Below are positions 12,515 through 25,489 of a DNA stretch of 64,000 nt, in pieces. A model generated the notes under the pieces. That model was given only the letters and a program-made list of their open reading frames with translations, had not been told where the DNA came from and ran no database searches. Within the stretch, counting starts at the first letter, position 1, and the number at the start of each line of letters is the position of its first letter. Origin of the DNA: Octopus vulgaris (lineage: Eukaryota). Location of the stretch: assembly GCA_951406725.2 (NCBI GenBank), contig OX597839.1, forward strand, positions 11,222,001-11,286,000, read 5' to 3'. The position numbers and the translations under genes were made by a program.

Positions 12515-12847
12515 CTACTGACTGTATACATACATACACACATAACGGCTGCCACTTGATTTCAGTATTGCTTAGATTCTTAAAGAACCTCATTTATAAT
12601 CAGAAACAATATTGACAAAAAAGTAGCATTCATTTTCTAGGTTATTCAATTTTTCTCAACAGGTCAATGGGCTGATTGAGTAAACCTATTCATGACTAAG
12701 CTATAATGACTACTAGAAACAGCTGTCAGTCAAATTTACTACAATAAAGAAAAGTATATAATGACCATTATCTATGTAATGTCTTATATATGGACTGTTG
12801 GCGATTTTTTTCCCTCCTTCTTCTTATTCTTTTGGACTTTCCCATGT

Positions 12848-13366
12848 CTCCTGTTTCCGAAGAAGAGCTTAGGGAAAAAAGTACTGGGGTCAGTTCATTT
12901 GACTAAAAATTCTTTAAGGCAGTGCCCCAGCATGGTCACAGTGTAATGACTGAAACAGGTAAAAGATAAAGTTTTTGAATAGGTGTAGGAGTGGCTGTGT
13001 GGTAAGTAGCTTGCTTACGAACCACATAGTTCCTGGTTCAGCCCCACTGCATGACGCCTTGGGCAAGTGTCTTGTGAGTGGATTTGGTAGACAGAAGCTG
13101 AAAGAAGCTCGTCGTATATATGTATACATACATATATGTATGTGTGTGTATGTTTGTGTGTCTGTGTTTGTCCCCCCTCCCCAACATCTCTTGACATCCG
13201 ATCCTGGTGTGTTTACGTTCTCGTAACTTAGCAGTTTGGAAATAGAGACTGATAGAATAAGTACTTGGCTTACAAAGAATAAGTCCTGGGATCGATTTGC
13301 TTGACTAAAGGTGGTGCTCCAGCATGACCAGTCAAATGACTGAAACAAGTAAAAGAGCAAAAGAGA
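12848..13366 (+). mobile_element. Two SINE A copies in tandem (3' fragment 12848-12971; internally deleted copy 12981-13366)
   Basis: Two A tails; one head GGAGTGGCTGTGTGGTAAGTAGC. Confidence 0.85.
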
Positions 13367-14205
13367 ATATACTCTCTCTCTTTAAAAAGCTATTTTTGTT
13401 CCATTTATTATCATATTTAAATTAAGGTCCCAAGGGTTCCTCATAAAATATAGACATGATTTTCTTTTCCTTTTTTTTTGTAAATTGTAGTCACTGCTGC
13501 TATAAATCTACTGAAGCCTGTGACCTCTTCTGGTGCCATAGCTCTTAGCCAAACAATTACAACAGACAGCAGTAACAACAGTTGAATGTTACATTGAAAC
13601 ACATATACACACTTTCTGTGATATTTTTATTTCCTAAATCTAAACATTTCACTTGTTTCTCCTTCATACCACACCTTCTGCTGCTATAAAACTATTACTT
13701 CACATCACAACTTCCTCTTTTATATATTTATATATATATATATATTCCTCTTCACAGGTGATTGTAGCTGTGAGCACACACCATCATTATATTTTCCTTT
13801 CTTCTCACACTTTCTTCGTAATCTTATTATATAGCACCTTCTTAATCGCTATCTTTTAATCTTGACCTTCTCCTTTGTTAAAACCTGAGATGTTAATTAT
13901 AATCCACCTACACTCACACACACTCTCTCTCCCCCATTCTCTCTCTCACCCTCCATTGACAGTTTTTCAGGTTCCCACATAAACAAACAACAAGCAAGAA
14001 CACAACCCACACAACACGTAGACTACACAATTGCCACAACAACCCACACAACTCTATATTTCCATGCAATTACCATCCGGTATTATAGTGCAAAATCACA
14101 GTACATACTTACACAGCACAGTCGAGATCCAATTAAATACCACAACCCCCGCAGCACACCACAGCAAACAGGTAAAAACTACCACACTAACAACAGAAAC
14201 AGCAA

Positions 14206-14538
14206 GTGGAGGCGCAATGGCCCAGTGGCCAGGGCAGCGGACTCACGGTCGGAGGATCATGGTTTCGATTCCCAGACCGGGCATTGTGTGTGTTTATTGA
14301 GCGAAAACACCTAAAAGCTCCACGAGGCTCCGGCAGGGGGTGGTGGAGACCCCTGTGGTACTCTTTCGCTCCAACTTTCTCTCACTCTTTCTTCCTGTTT
14401 CTTGTCCCCGACTTCCTACGCAACCGCTGAGCCTTGATGCGCATTCATCCATCCGTCGATGCTCTCGGTGTCGGGGGTTGACCTGCTTTCTCTTCTGCGG
14501 GTCTTACGAATAGCAAAGGACCACATTTCGGACTTCTC
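14206..14538 (+). mobile_element. SINE family D (tail type 2, GC-rich structured)
   Basis: Same head/body as 11074, 32772, 51332 up to CTCTCACTCTTTC, then a different tail. Confidence 0.85.
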
Positions 14539-14540
14539 CC

Positions 14541-14838
14541 AGTACTTATTCCATCAATCTTTTATGTCATACCACTAAGTTATGGGGATGTAAACAAAGC
14601 ATCACCAGTTGTCAAGCAGTGAAGGTGGTGGTGAAGATAAACACTAAGATTTGCACCCCACACACACGCGCGCACACAATGGGCTTCTTCAGTTTCCATC
14701 TAACAAATTCACTCATAAGGCTTTGGACAGCTTGGGTCTATGTTAAGAGAAACTTGCCTAAGATGTCACGCTGTGGGGTTCAACCCAGAACCATTTTGTT
14801 ATGCAGCAAACGTCTTACCATAAAGCCACCTCTGTGCC
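14541..14838 (-). mobile_element. SINE family A, degenerate
   Basis: Diverged reverse-complement body and head. Confidence 0.65.
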
Positions 14839-15159
14839 TTTTACCAATGTACAGTCACAAAACATTTAAACAGCGCAAAAAGGGGGAAAAAAGCGTTGAC
14901 ACTCTTTTCACGCTTGTCATCAGAAATGCAGTGAACCAGTGATTGGCTCATTATGTATCACTAATTATCTTTATTTTCCTGTTTATTTACCTGCCTGTCT
15001 GTATGCCTATTCACCTGTCTCTATTAATCCATCCATCCATTCATTCATTCCATTATGTGTCACAATGCTTAATTCTATAGCCAGTCTATAATAGACAAGT
15101 GCTTATAGGCTGTCAAATTATTCGAAACTGGTTGAGAGGCCTATCTCTTCCGCTGGGGT

Positions 15160-15474
15160 GGGGACTCGCAGCTGTGTCTTACTTACCAGGCCAACAACAT
15201 TATTCAAGATACATTATGCCTGATTATCAGGTGTAATGGCCATGGCTGGTCATGAGTTTGTTTGATACTAGCCGGCCTGATGTAGCTGCCAAATCACCCT
15301 CATATATCCTGTAGCTCAGTGATGGGGACTTGCAGTTGTGTTTTACTTACCAGGCCAACAACATTATTCAAGCTGATTATCAGGTGTAATAGCTATAGCT
15401 GGTCATCAGTTTGCTTGATACTAGCCGGCCTGAAGTAGCAGCCAAATTACCCTCATTTTCCTGTAGCTCAGTGA
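15160..15474. repeat. ~160-bp tandem duplication (2 copies)
   Basis: GGGACT...TACTTACCAGGCCAACAACATTATTCAAG...CCTGTAGCTCAGTGAT twice; second copy has an 11-nt deletion. Confidence 0.85.
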
Positions 15475-15954
15475 TTTCAACATGTGATTCCAATTGGAAT
15501 TAGTAAAATCCCTTAGCTGTAAAACAGATAAGAATTGGTGACAAGATGGGCACCTGACTGTTGATTGGTGCTTCAATAATTCTCATTCAACCCATACCAG
15601 CATGGGGAAAAAACCCCCCCTGATATATTTAAAACTGGTGATGATGATTATATGGATGGATGGTTTCTTGTGTGTGTGTGTACACAGCCCTAATGTAAGC
15701 CAGTGAAATGTAAGTTGTATATAGGTCTCCTTTCTCTTTCCTTCCTTCCTGATATAAAGCCCAAGATAGTTTGCTGGTGTTGGTGTTGGTGTGACTGGGC
15801 GGGTAGACAAAGGCATTAATCTGATGTCAGAAGAGACAGAAGGCTAATATTTCAGGGTTGGTGGGTCGGGTGGGTATGGCTCTGGCAGTGGGAGATGTTA
15901 CAGATGAGAAATACACCACCTCCTGGATAGTCTATCACAATTATCTGCCTGATG

Positions 15955-16105
15955 ATCTGGTACCTATTCCTGACAGCTGGGTGAACTGAGGTTAATGTAG
16001 ACTAAAGTATTCCGCTCTGAAACGTGACAAGATGTTGGCAGTGGATTTGAACTCATGACCTGTGAGCAGTCAGACCAATACTTTATCCAAATAGCTATCT
16101 CAGCT
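15955..16105 (-). mobile_element. Ancient tRNA-derived SINE remnant
   Basis: Minus-strand GAGTTCAAATCC B box followed by CCTCAGTTCACCCAGCTG...ATAGGTACC body motif. Confidence 0.5.
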
Positions 16106-16272
16106 TTATTTAGATGACTAATTAACTTCATAAAGTAGTGGTGGCCATCACTTCTTATCTTGTCTTTTCACATCTATATAAGACATCAGTGTTTTGTATG
16201 TATGAAATGTTTAGATGGTGTGATACTGTTTAGGTATGTATATGCAAGTATCATACACACACCCATATATAT

Positions 16273-16446
16273 ATTTCTTTATTGCCCACAAGGGGCTAAA
16301 CACAGAGGGGACAAGCAAGGACAGACAAACAGATTAAGTCGATTACATCAACCCCAGTGAGTAACTGGTACTTAATTTATCGACCCCGAAAGGATGAAAG
16401 GCAAAGTCGACCTCGGCGGAATTTGAACTCAGAACGTAACGGCAGA
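16273..16446 (-). mobile_element. SINE family B, 5'-truncated
   Basis: Near-identical to 3912 and 10537 copies. Confidence 0.9.
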
Positions 16447-16502
16447 TATATATATATATATATATAAACATACATTCTCTGTGTAAATGTATATGGCTGC
16501 TG

Positions 16503-16900
16503 GCATGTCTGTGTGGTAAGAAATTTTCTTCCCAACCACATGGTTCCAGGTTCAGTCCCACTGCATGGAACCTTGGGCTAGTGCCTTCTACAATAGCCCC
16601 AGGCCAACCAAAGTGTTGTGAGTGGATTTGGTAGATGGAAACTGAAAGAAGTCCATTGTGTATATATCTGCATGGGTGTGTGTGTGTGTGTGTCTGTGTT
16701 TGTCGCCCACCACCACTTGACAACTGGTGTTGATGTGTTTACATTCCTGGAATTTAGTGGTTTAGTAGAAGAGACTGATAGAATAAGTACCAGGCTTAGA
16801 AAATTTTTTTAAAAAACCACTGGGGTCAATTCATTCGGTTAAAATCCTTCAAGATGGTGCCCCAGCATGGTTGTAGTCTAATGACTGAAACAAGGGAAAG
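16503..16900 (+). mobile_element. SINE family A
   Basis: Head, body and tail all alignable. Confidence 0.85.
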
Positions 16901-16990
16901 AAAATTGTTATGAATGAACAAAGTCCCAGGTGTGTAGGGAATGTATTGCGAATTATATATATGTGTGTGTATATATATATATATATATAT

Positions 16991-17370
16991 TCTTTTATTT
17001 GTTTCGGTCATATTCTTTTATTTGTTTCGGTCATCTGACTGCAGCCATGCTGTAGCACTGCCTTTAGTCAAGCAAATCTACCTCAGGACTTATTCTTTGT
17101 AAGCCTAGTACTTATTCTATCAGTCTCTTTTGCTGAACCGTTAAGTTACAGGGACGTAAACACACCAGCATCGGTTGTCAAGCGATGTTGGGGTGGGGAA
17201 CAAACACAGTCACATGAACATATACATATATATGACGGGCTTCTTTCAGTTTCTGTCTACCAAATCCACTCACGAGGCTTTGGTCAGCCCAAGGTGCCAT
17301 GCAGTGGGACTGAACCCAGAACCATGTGGTTGGTAAGCAAGGTACTTACCACACAGCCACTCCTGCACCT
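16991..17370 (-). mobile_element. SINE family A, with duplicated ~22-nt tail segment
   Basis: Reverse complement of family A; TATTCTTTTATTTGTTTCGGTCA twice. Confidence 0.9.
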
Positions 17371-18408
17371 GTGTGTGTGTGTATTCTTGTAGATATGATA
17401 TAAATATACAAAATACTGTGGGTGGGTGTTCTGTATTTGTGAAATCTATGCTGTGATTGTGTGTGTATATATTGTGATGTTATGCTATGTATAACTTCCT
17501 GATTGTGGTTCTACATAAAATGTATAGATATGAAATATTTAGGTACCTGTGTATATTGTATAGATGTATATGATTTGAGCATATATTCCATGTGTGTAAT
17601 GGAATCTATGTTGCATATGTGTGGAATGTGTGTATATTATATACATGCATAATGGAATGTAGAACGTGTATGTGTGGAATGAATGTATTATGCTGTATAT
17701 GTCATGTATCTATGTCACATATTTTATAGTGTGTGTGTGTGAGTGAGTGTGTGTGAGTGTTTGTGTGTGTGTGTGAATATGTTAGATGCAGTATGCATTT
17801 GTGTATTGCAGTTTCTGAACGAGGAGAGAAAGCGATTTGTTTCTTGTCAATGTGCAATAACTATTGAAAACTAATATAGTATTAAAACTCAATGAAAACC
17901 TGATGCATGTTTGCTGAAGCTACTTGTGAAAAAAAAAAAGGGGGAGGAAAAATAGAAGAGAGAGAGAAAAAAAACCCCACAAAAAAAATAAATGTATAAA
18001 AATAAAAACCCCAACATGGATTCTCATAATGTGCTGTTGTGGCCCTGCAGATATGTTTTCAAATTAAAAGAGAGAAAGAAGTCGAACAACAAGGTTTGGT
18101 GGTGCCAGCCAGTATCTTCTTGGTGGTGTTTGAAGAGGGGTGGCTGTATGGAGTAAGAAAGATAGTGCTTGCTTCTTCTCACTGCTAAAATTGATTTAGC
18201 TGCTTAAAAGGAGGAATTGCTTAGCACTGACAGCACTGTGCAAATGTTTCATTGTTTAGATTCCAACAGACAGGATGTGTTTCCTTCAGAAAGGAAGTCA
18301 GTTGAAGTTGAAGAATTTTTCTGTCTTCTTTCGGCTGCTAGGTTATTTGATATAGGTGTAGTGGGGTGGTTGAAAGAGAGAGAGAGAGAGAGAGAGAGAG
18401 AAGGGGAT

Positions 18409-18448
<40 letters not shown>

Positions 18449-18659
18449 AAAAAGTTTGGGGATTTATAAAGTCTGCATGTGGAATAGTGGCACAAGTTTG
18501 GATAATTTTAGCCTTAAGATGGAAGTGGATGATTTCAGCTAAAATATAATGTTTTTAATTAACTACAGTCTACTGTCATAAACACCTCTCTCGCAGTGAA
18601 GGGTTGTATGTTGGTTTATCCATACATATCTAGCTATATAAATACATTTACTTAGAAGT

Positions 18660-19250
18660 GCGTGTGTGTATTTGTATGTATGTATATATGTGTGTATGTA
18701 TGTGTAGTGTGTATTTATGTATATATGTGTGTGTGTGTTCATGTTTATGTATGTATATATATACATATGTATGTATAAAAACATTGTGTGTATGTGTGTG
18801 TGTTTGTATATATGTGTGTTTGTATGTATGTGTGTGTGTATTTATGTATATGTGTGCGTGTGCATGTGTATGTATGTATGTATACATATGTATGTATAAA
18901 AATATTGTGTGTATGTGTGTGTGTGTGTTTGTATATATGTATATATGTGTGTATGTATGTATGTGTATATGTATGTATTTATGTGTATATATATATATGT
19001 GTGTGTGTGTGCATGTGTATATATATATATGTATGTATATATACATATATATGTATATAAACATGTGTGTGAGTGTGTGTGTTGGTATATGTATGTGTGT
19101 ATGTAGGTATATTTTGTGTATATCTGCATGCTGGTGTGTAAGAGGATGTGTGTGTGTATATATATATATATGTGTGTGTGTGTGTCTGTTTTCTATCTGT
19201 GTTTATATTATATATATGTATGTGTATATATATATATATATATACATGTG
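18660..19250. repeat. Compound (TG/TA)n microsatellite
   Basis: Low-complexity run with an internal ~120-nt repetition. Confidence 0.9.
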
Positions 19251-19493
19251 CCTGTTTTATATCCGTGTTTATTGTGAAACAGAAGAGTTAAGTACATAGA
19301 TGTAATATTCATAAGGCAGAAGCTCGTATTACGACTTCTATTGTGCATAGGTTCAGATAATGAACGATATTTGTCACAGGGAAAAATGGAATGACTATAA
19401 GACATTCACATCATTGAAATTCTCAATTTAGAAAGAAGAGACTCTCTGCTTTTCCCAAGACATTTCAGTGGTTTCTGAGCCATTGTAATCATT

Positions 19494-19539
<46 letters not shown>

Positions 19540-19697
19540 AGGTCAGAGTGTTTCAAAACACTACGTTTGCTGTTTTATAAGTTTACATATTTAAATTTAG
19601 CTGATTTCAGTTTTCAGATTTCATTTTTGTTTGTTTGTTTTTTTTTTTTTTCATAATCTTTGCATTCTATAAAATAACTAGTATCTTGTGACTTATT

Positions 19698-19890
19698 TTT
19701 TAGTCATAGGACTGTGGCCATGCTGGGGCACACTGCTTTGAAGAGTTTGATTGAATGACTCAACCTCAGTACTTATTTTCTTTTCAAAGCCTCATACTTC
19801 TTTTGCCAAACTGCTAAGTTATGGAGGTGTAAACAAACCAACACCGGTTGTCATGTGGTTGGGAGGGACAAGAACAAACACAAAGATACA
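19698..19890 (-). mobile_element. SINE family A 3' half, diverged
   Basis: GACTGTGGCCATGCTGGGGCAC...GCTAAGTTA...GTAAACAAACCAAC. Confidence 0.7.
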
Positions 19891-19962
19891 CTAATATATA
19901 TATGTATGCATACATCCACATATATATATACACGCACACACACACATATACATGTTTATATA

Positions 19963-20480
19963 TCATCATCATTTCACATCCGTTGTTCATGCTGGCATGG
20001 ATTGGAGGGTTTGATCAGGGCTGGTAAGCTGGAAGGCTACACCAGACTCCAGTCTGATTTGGCATAGTTTTCTACAGCTGGATGCCCTTCCTAACGCCAA
20101 CCACTCTGAGAGTGTAATGGGTGCTTTTACGTGCCACCGACACAGGTGCTATTTGTGTGACACCAGTATCTTCCACGACTGCTATTTTGCTCGGCTTGAT
20201 GAGTCTTCTTCTGAAGCAGAACATAATGCCAAAGGTCTCAGTCATTGCCTCCATGAGGCCCAATGCTCAAAAGGTGCTCTTTACGTGCCACCAGCACAGG
20301 TGCCAGTCAGATGGCACTGGCATTGGCCACGACTACAATTTCACTCGGCTCAACATGTCTTCGCAAGCACAGCATATTGCCCAACGATTGTGGGGTACTT
20401 TTAATGGGCCAGCTACACGACACTGGTATCAGGTGCAACTATGATCTCAGTTGACTTAACAGGTCTTCTCAAGCATGGCA
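19963..20480 (-). mobile_element. Retroposon family C with tandemly repeated 5' units
   Basis: (CAT)n end, GGATGCCCTTCCTAACGCC, then GGTGCTTTTACGTGCCACC units at ~20119, ~20272 and ~20392. Confidence 0.8.
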
Positions 20481-20655
20481 CATTACCAAAGATCTCAATC
20501 ATTATTATTTAACATTCACTTTCTGCTCTTTTATGGGTTTGTACATCTTACTTAACTGGAATACTGTTGTATTGTGGCTTTCTTACACTATATCCATCTT
20601 GGGAAAGCATCTTATATAGGATGTATAGTGCTAAAAAGCACAGATGTATCAGTAA

Positions 20656-20717
<62 letters not shown>

Positions 20718-20721
<4 letters not shown>

Positions 20722-20990
20722 TTGACTGGCTTCTGTGCCAGTGGCACGTAAAAAGCACCAACCGATTGTGGCCGCTGCCAGCCTCGCCTGGCACCTGTGC
20801 CGATGGCACGTAAAAAGCACCCACTACACTCATGGAGTGGTTGGCGTTAGGAAGGGCATCCAGCTGTAGAAACACTGCCAGATCAGACTGGAGCCTGGTG
20901 CAGCCTCCTGGCTTCCCAGACCCTGGTCGAACTGTCCAACCCGTGCTAGCACGGAAAACAGATGTTAAACGATGATGATGATGATGATGA
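20718..20990 (+). mobile_element. Retroposon family C
   Basis: Two GTGGCACGTAAAAAGCACC-type units and (GAT)n tail. Confidence 0.9.
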
Positions 20991-21727
20991 TATATATTTC
21001 GTTTAGGCATTGTGAGATTAATAACCTGTTGTAGAACTCAGTATATATATGCTGTAGAAGGAAGCATTAGTCGAGTACAGAGCAGTATTAAGAAAATGAG
21101 ATGACAAAGAAATATAACACACATATATGTTACCGGGACTGCATTATCCCATGTGCCTTTTCTTATTCTAAGATGACGTGGTGGGGTTTGAAGGGGATTT
21201 GACTGCTTCCTAGGAAAGCTTATGCCCACTAATCAGTTCTTAATTTGTGCTGTTCACACTCTTTTTTGTTAATTCTTTTAGAGAGGAGAGTATTTGTGTG
21301 TGTGTGTGAGAGGCATGAATGCCACAGCATTCCATTTATTCATTTGTAAGAAATTCAGGAGAATCAACTTAATTTCAAAAGCTAAATCTACATCTAGAGT
21401 GTAGCACTATATTTCAGATTGCTCTCTAATAATTTAGTGCAGCTGTTGGTATTTTGGTATTGACATTGAACTGTTGACTCAGAACCCTCCCTCCTTTCCA
21501 ACTTTTTTCCCCCCTTTAATCCTTTTTCTGTGATTGACACCCGGGGAATTAAGGAATTTACAGTTGCCATTAATGGTTAAATCAGATTATTTCTGTTTTC
21601 TTTTTTTTTTTTTTTTCATGTAGAGGATCCTGAGTGTGTGTGTGTGTGTGTGTCACAGAAGTGTACATGCATATATGCACACATGTATATCAACAAATAT
21701 TTGTATATAAAAAAAACAAGCCAGTGA

Positions 21728-21928
21728 AGGGGTCTCTAATGTGATTGTTCAACATACTAAAAATAGCAGCCAAATCACTCGCAGATCAATATATTCTACC
21801 ATCTCAAAAAATGGCTGCAGATTTGATATTGTAGTTCTAGATAGTCCATAAAAGAGGAGATGGTTATGACTGGAATGCCTTTGATCATAGTTTTCTTCAG
21901 AATTAACTTGGACTTAAACAACAACTAA
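21728..21928 (+). mobile_element. Old retroposon family I
   Basis: AAATAGCAGCCAAATC...GGAATGCCTTTGATCATAG...TAAACAACAAC. Confidence 0.65.
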
Positions 21929-22189
21929 CTACGATGTACATAGTACAACATATGACTGAGACATTCACTTTATCAATCATAAATCATAATAAATTTGTCA
22001 TCACAATCAGTGTTGCTCTCTCCTTGAACAAGTAAAAGAATATCTATGTCCAGGGTCTTGGACCTTTTCTAAAAAAATTTCAGGTTTAATATATTTGTGG
22101 GCCATTGAGCTTTTAGATAGACTTTTGTGTCATGATCTCTTTAGATTTTGCTTGTGACTGGGTAGTAAGAAATTTGCTTCACAACCACA

Positions 22190-22275
22190 ACACACACATC
22201 GCCCGGTCTGAGATTCGAACCCGTGATCCATCGGCCGCGAGTCCGCTGCTCTAACGACTAGGCCATGTGCCTCCA
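22190..22275 (-). mobile_element. SINE family D, head only
   Basis: Reverse complement of TGGAGGCACATGGCCTAG...GGTTCGAATCTCAGACCGGGCG. Confidence 0.85.
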
Positions 22276-23049
22276 CAATACAAATGTGTTCCATGCTCAG
22301 GACAGATGTGCTGCTCTGTCTGTTGTAGCTGGCAAACTTGACTGCAAGATCATCATGCTCATCATTATCATCATTGTTATCATCATCATCATCCAACTGA
22401 TGCTATCAGCTTTTATTTTAATAAGACAAGCTTTTTGAAACAGCGATGACTTCATTTGTAGATGAAAGCACTCATCATGTACCATTGTTTTTCTCATGCC
22501 ACACACTATGCCTGTTAATCTCCCTCCTTGGGGGTCTCAAGAAAGTAACAGGGAGGAGAATTGGGTTGTTTTGAGCTTTTGTTATTTTGCGTTTGTTTGG
22601 GGTTTTTTTCCCTATAAGCCAAACACTAGAATAAAAATTATAAAAAGCAAACAAACTACAACTAAATAAAGAAATTCCTGTAATTAAAAGGCAAGTGTAG
22701 AAAATGTCTAGAAAATTCTTTGGGAGCTCTGCGGGTGTTTTTTTTGTTTTTGTTTTTGGTTTTTTTTTTTTTCCCCTGCAAGCAGCACCTTCATAGAATA
22801 TTAAAAACTGCTAAAAATAGTTGGAGTGGTGTTCCAAAGCTTCATGATGGCCTTTCCTTCTGGCAGCCAGCAGAAAACAGTTAGCTGGAACAGGTCTGAC
22901 CGTTTCTAAAGGAGCAGCAGCAATACCTAAAAAAAACCCCAGCAACAGCAATGGTGTTAATAGTTACTGGCTGGTTTGGTGGTGGTAGTCTGGAATCCTT
23001 TTTGTATAAAGTTACATGTTTGAGTGTTTTTGTGGTAAGAAATGGTGAG

Positions 23050-23227
23050 TGGTGTGGTGGTGGTGGCAGTAGTAGTAGTAGTAGTAGTAGTAGCAGCAGT
23101 AGTAGTAGTAGTAGTAGTAGCAGCAGCATTGGTGGTGTTAGTGGTGTTGGCATTAGAAATTGCATGTTGCAATATTGGTGGTGATGGTAATAGAGCTGAT
23201 GTGGTAGTAGTTATTATATTTGAGCTG

Positions 23228-23269
<42 letters not shown>

Positions 23270-23662
23270 ATGGTATTTGTAGAACTAGTGTGTTATAGAA
23301 TGGGTGGTAGTATTGGCAGCAGTATTGACTGTGTAGTAGTATTCATAGTGGTAGTAGTAACTGGTGTTGTGGTGGTGGTGGTATTAAACATGTATGTTGT
23401 GGTATTGATAGTGGTCGTAGTATTGGTGGTAGATGTAGTAGAGTAGTATTTATAAGTAATTTAGTAATGAAGAAGGTTCTGTTGTAGTAGTTGTGGTGGT
23501 GGTATTTGTAGAATAAGCATATTGTGGTATGGGTTATTGAAATGTAGTAATAGTAGTGAGTAGTAGTAGTAGTAGTAGTAGTTGCAGAGTAGTGGTACTA
23601 GCAATAATGGTGGTGGTGGTTGTGGTAGTAGTTGCAGTGAAATAGTAATATTAGTGGTGGTG

Positions 23663-23702
<40 letters not shown>

Positions 23703-23860
23703 CAGAGTAGTGGTACTAGCAATAATGGTGGTAGTGGTAGTAGTAGTTGCGGTGAAATAGTAGTAGTAGTAGTAGTAGTAGTAGTACTTGTGGTGGTGGT
23801 GGTGGTGGTAGTAGTAGTAGTTGTGGTGGTGGTGGTGGTGTTGGTGATGATGATGATGGT
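23050..23860. repeat. (GTA/GTG)n trinucleotide-rich tract
   Basis: Direct repeats; includes duplicated GCAGAGTAGTGGTACTAGCAATAATGG unit. Confidence 0.9.
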
Positions 23861-24267
23861 GTTAATTACAAACTCATTCATGCACAATTCAGACATTTGA
23901 GGCTCAATAACATTTTTGAAATTTAAAAAATGTGTTAATATGCATTCCTGCCTAATGTACATACCCTCATGCTTGCCACTGTAGGTTCTTTATTTTTTTT
24001 TTCTTCTTCTTCACTTCCTTTCTTTCTCTCTCCTTCTCTCCTTCTCTCTTTCCTCGTTTGCTCATGTACTCTACACTCTTGTTTCTTTTCTTTTTTGTTG
24101 TGTTTTATTAAATAAGTTATTCCATTAAGTTGATGGAGAAAGAAAGAGAAAATCAAGTCTTGTGTCTTTTAGTTAATATTCTCTTCACTGTTCTGTACTA
24201 CACACTATTTCCTCTCTGCCATCTGTTTGTAGAACATGCATCTATTCTATAGGCACTCACACACACT

Positions 24268-24910
24268 CACGTTTGTATATGTATATAAATGTGTTTGTGT
24301 ATGTCTGTGTGTGTGTGTGTGTGTGTGTATGTGGGTGGATGTATGTATGATGTATATTTGTGTATAAGTATGTTTATAATATGTTTGTATGTGTGTCTGT
24401 ACTTGTGTATATATGTGGGTGTTTGTGTCTGTATGTATGTATGTATGTGTGTGTGTGTGTGCCTGTATGTATATGTGTCTGTACGTGTATATATATGTGT
24501 GTTTGTGTACATGTATGTGTCTGTATGTATGTGTTTATGTAGTGTCTATATGTGTGTGTTTGTGTGTGCCTGTATGTATATGTGTCTACGTGTGTATATA
24601 TATGTATGTTTGTGTACATGTGTATGTGTCTGTATGTATGTGTTTATGTAATGTCTATATGTATGTATATATATATGTATGTGTGTGTGTGTGTGTGCCT
24701 GTATGTATATGTGTGTGTACATGTGTATGTATGTGTTTGTGTAGTGTCTATATGTATGTATGTGTGTGTGTCTGTACGTATGTTTATGTAGTGTCTATAT
24801 GTATGTATGTGTGTGCCTGTATGTATATGTGTCTGTATACATATCTGTTTCTATGTACATGTGTGTGTGTATATATATATGCATATATCAGTCCGTGTAT
24901 ATGTATGTCT
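24268..24910. repeat. Compound (TG/TA)n microsatellite
   Basis: Low-complexity run with higher-order repeats. Confidence 0.9.
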
Positions 24911-25489
24911 TAGACATACGTGGATACAAACATTGACATACATGATAAGAAGTAGGCAGCAGTAATGTATTCTAACGATGACTGTAGTTTCTGGGAATTT
25001 TACACCTTTCTGTGATGATGTAGATGTAGATAAATGATTAAGGTTTGTTCTAACATAAACTATGTACAGCATGTCTTCTATACACCAGAGAGCGTGTAAA
25101 ATATTCAGTGATGATGTTGATAAGAACAGCTACATATATTGTTGAGAAACATCTCCCAGACTAGCTGTACAGTGCACCACAGCCAGACATGGCTGATACC
25201 ATATTGATGACATAAGCTTGCCAAACACTCTACATCTTTAGAGTCTACATCACCAAATACCTCTCCGCCTCTCTCTAGTTGATACCCCACCAAGTGTTTC
25301 TCTGTTTTCAGTCACTTCCTCTCCAGGCATCCCCTACATCATCAGTCTTGTACTCTACCTGGTTATATCCTCACCATTCCTCTATATTCTGTCTGTTATG
25401 GTTCATGTCCATAGATGTTGATTTGGCACTTATCATCCGCTCTCTGTTGTTTATTTAACCCTAGGTCAGCCTTGATTGAGTAGAGCTAT

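Noticed and set aside
17578-17690. miR-1-like TGGAATGTA word and a short hairpin
   Set aside because: Low-complexity TGGAAT repeats; the 3' part differs and no proper precursor hairpin contains the word
20117-20440. Repeat-spacer pattern reminiscent of CRISPR
   Set aside because: Only 2-3 degenerate units, spacers homologous to each other, eukaryotic retroposon context, no cas genes
25105-25200. C/D snoRNA-like GTGATGA...CTGA
   Set aside because: No terminal stem or recognisable rRNA guide; TGATGA is very common here
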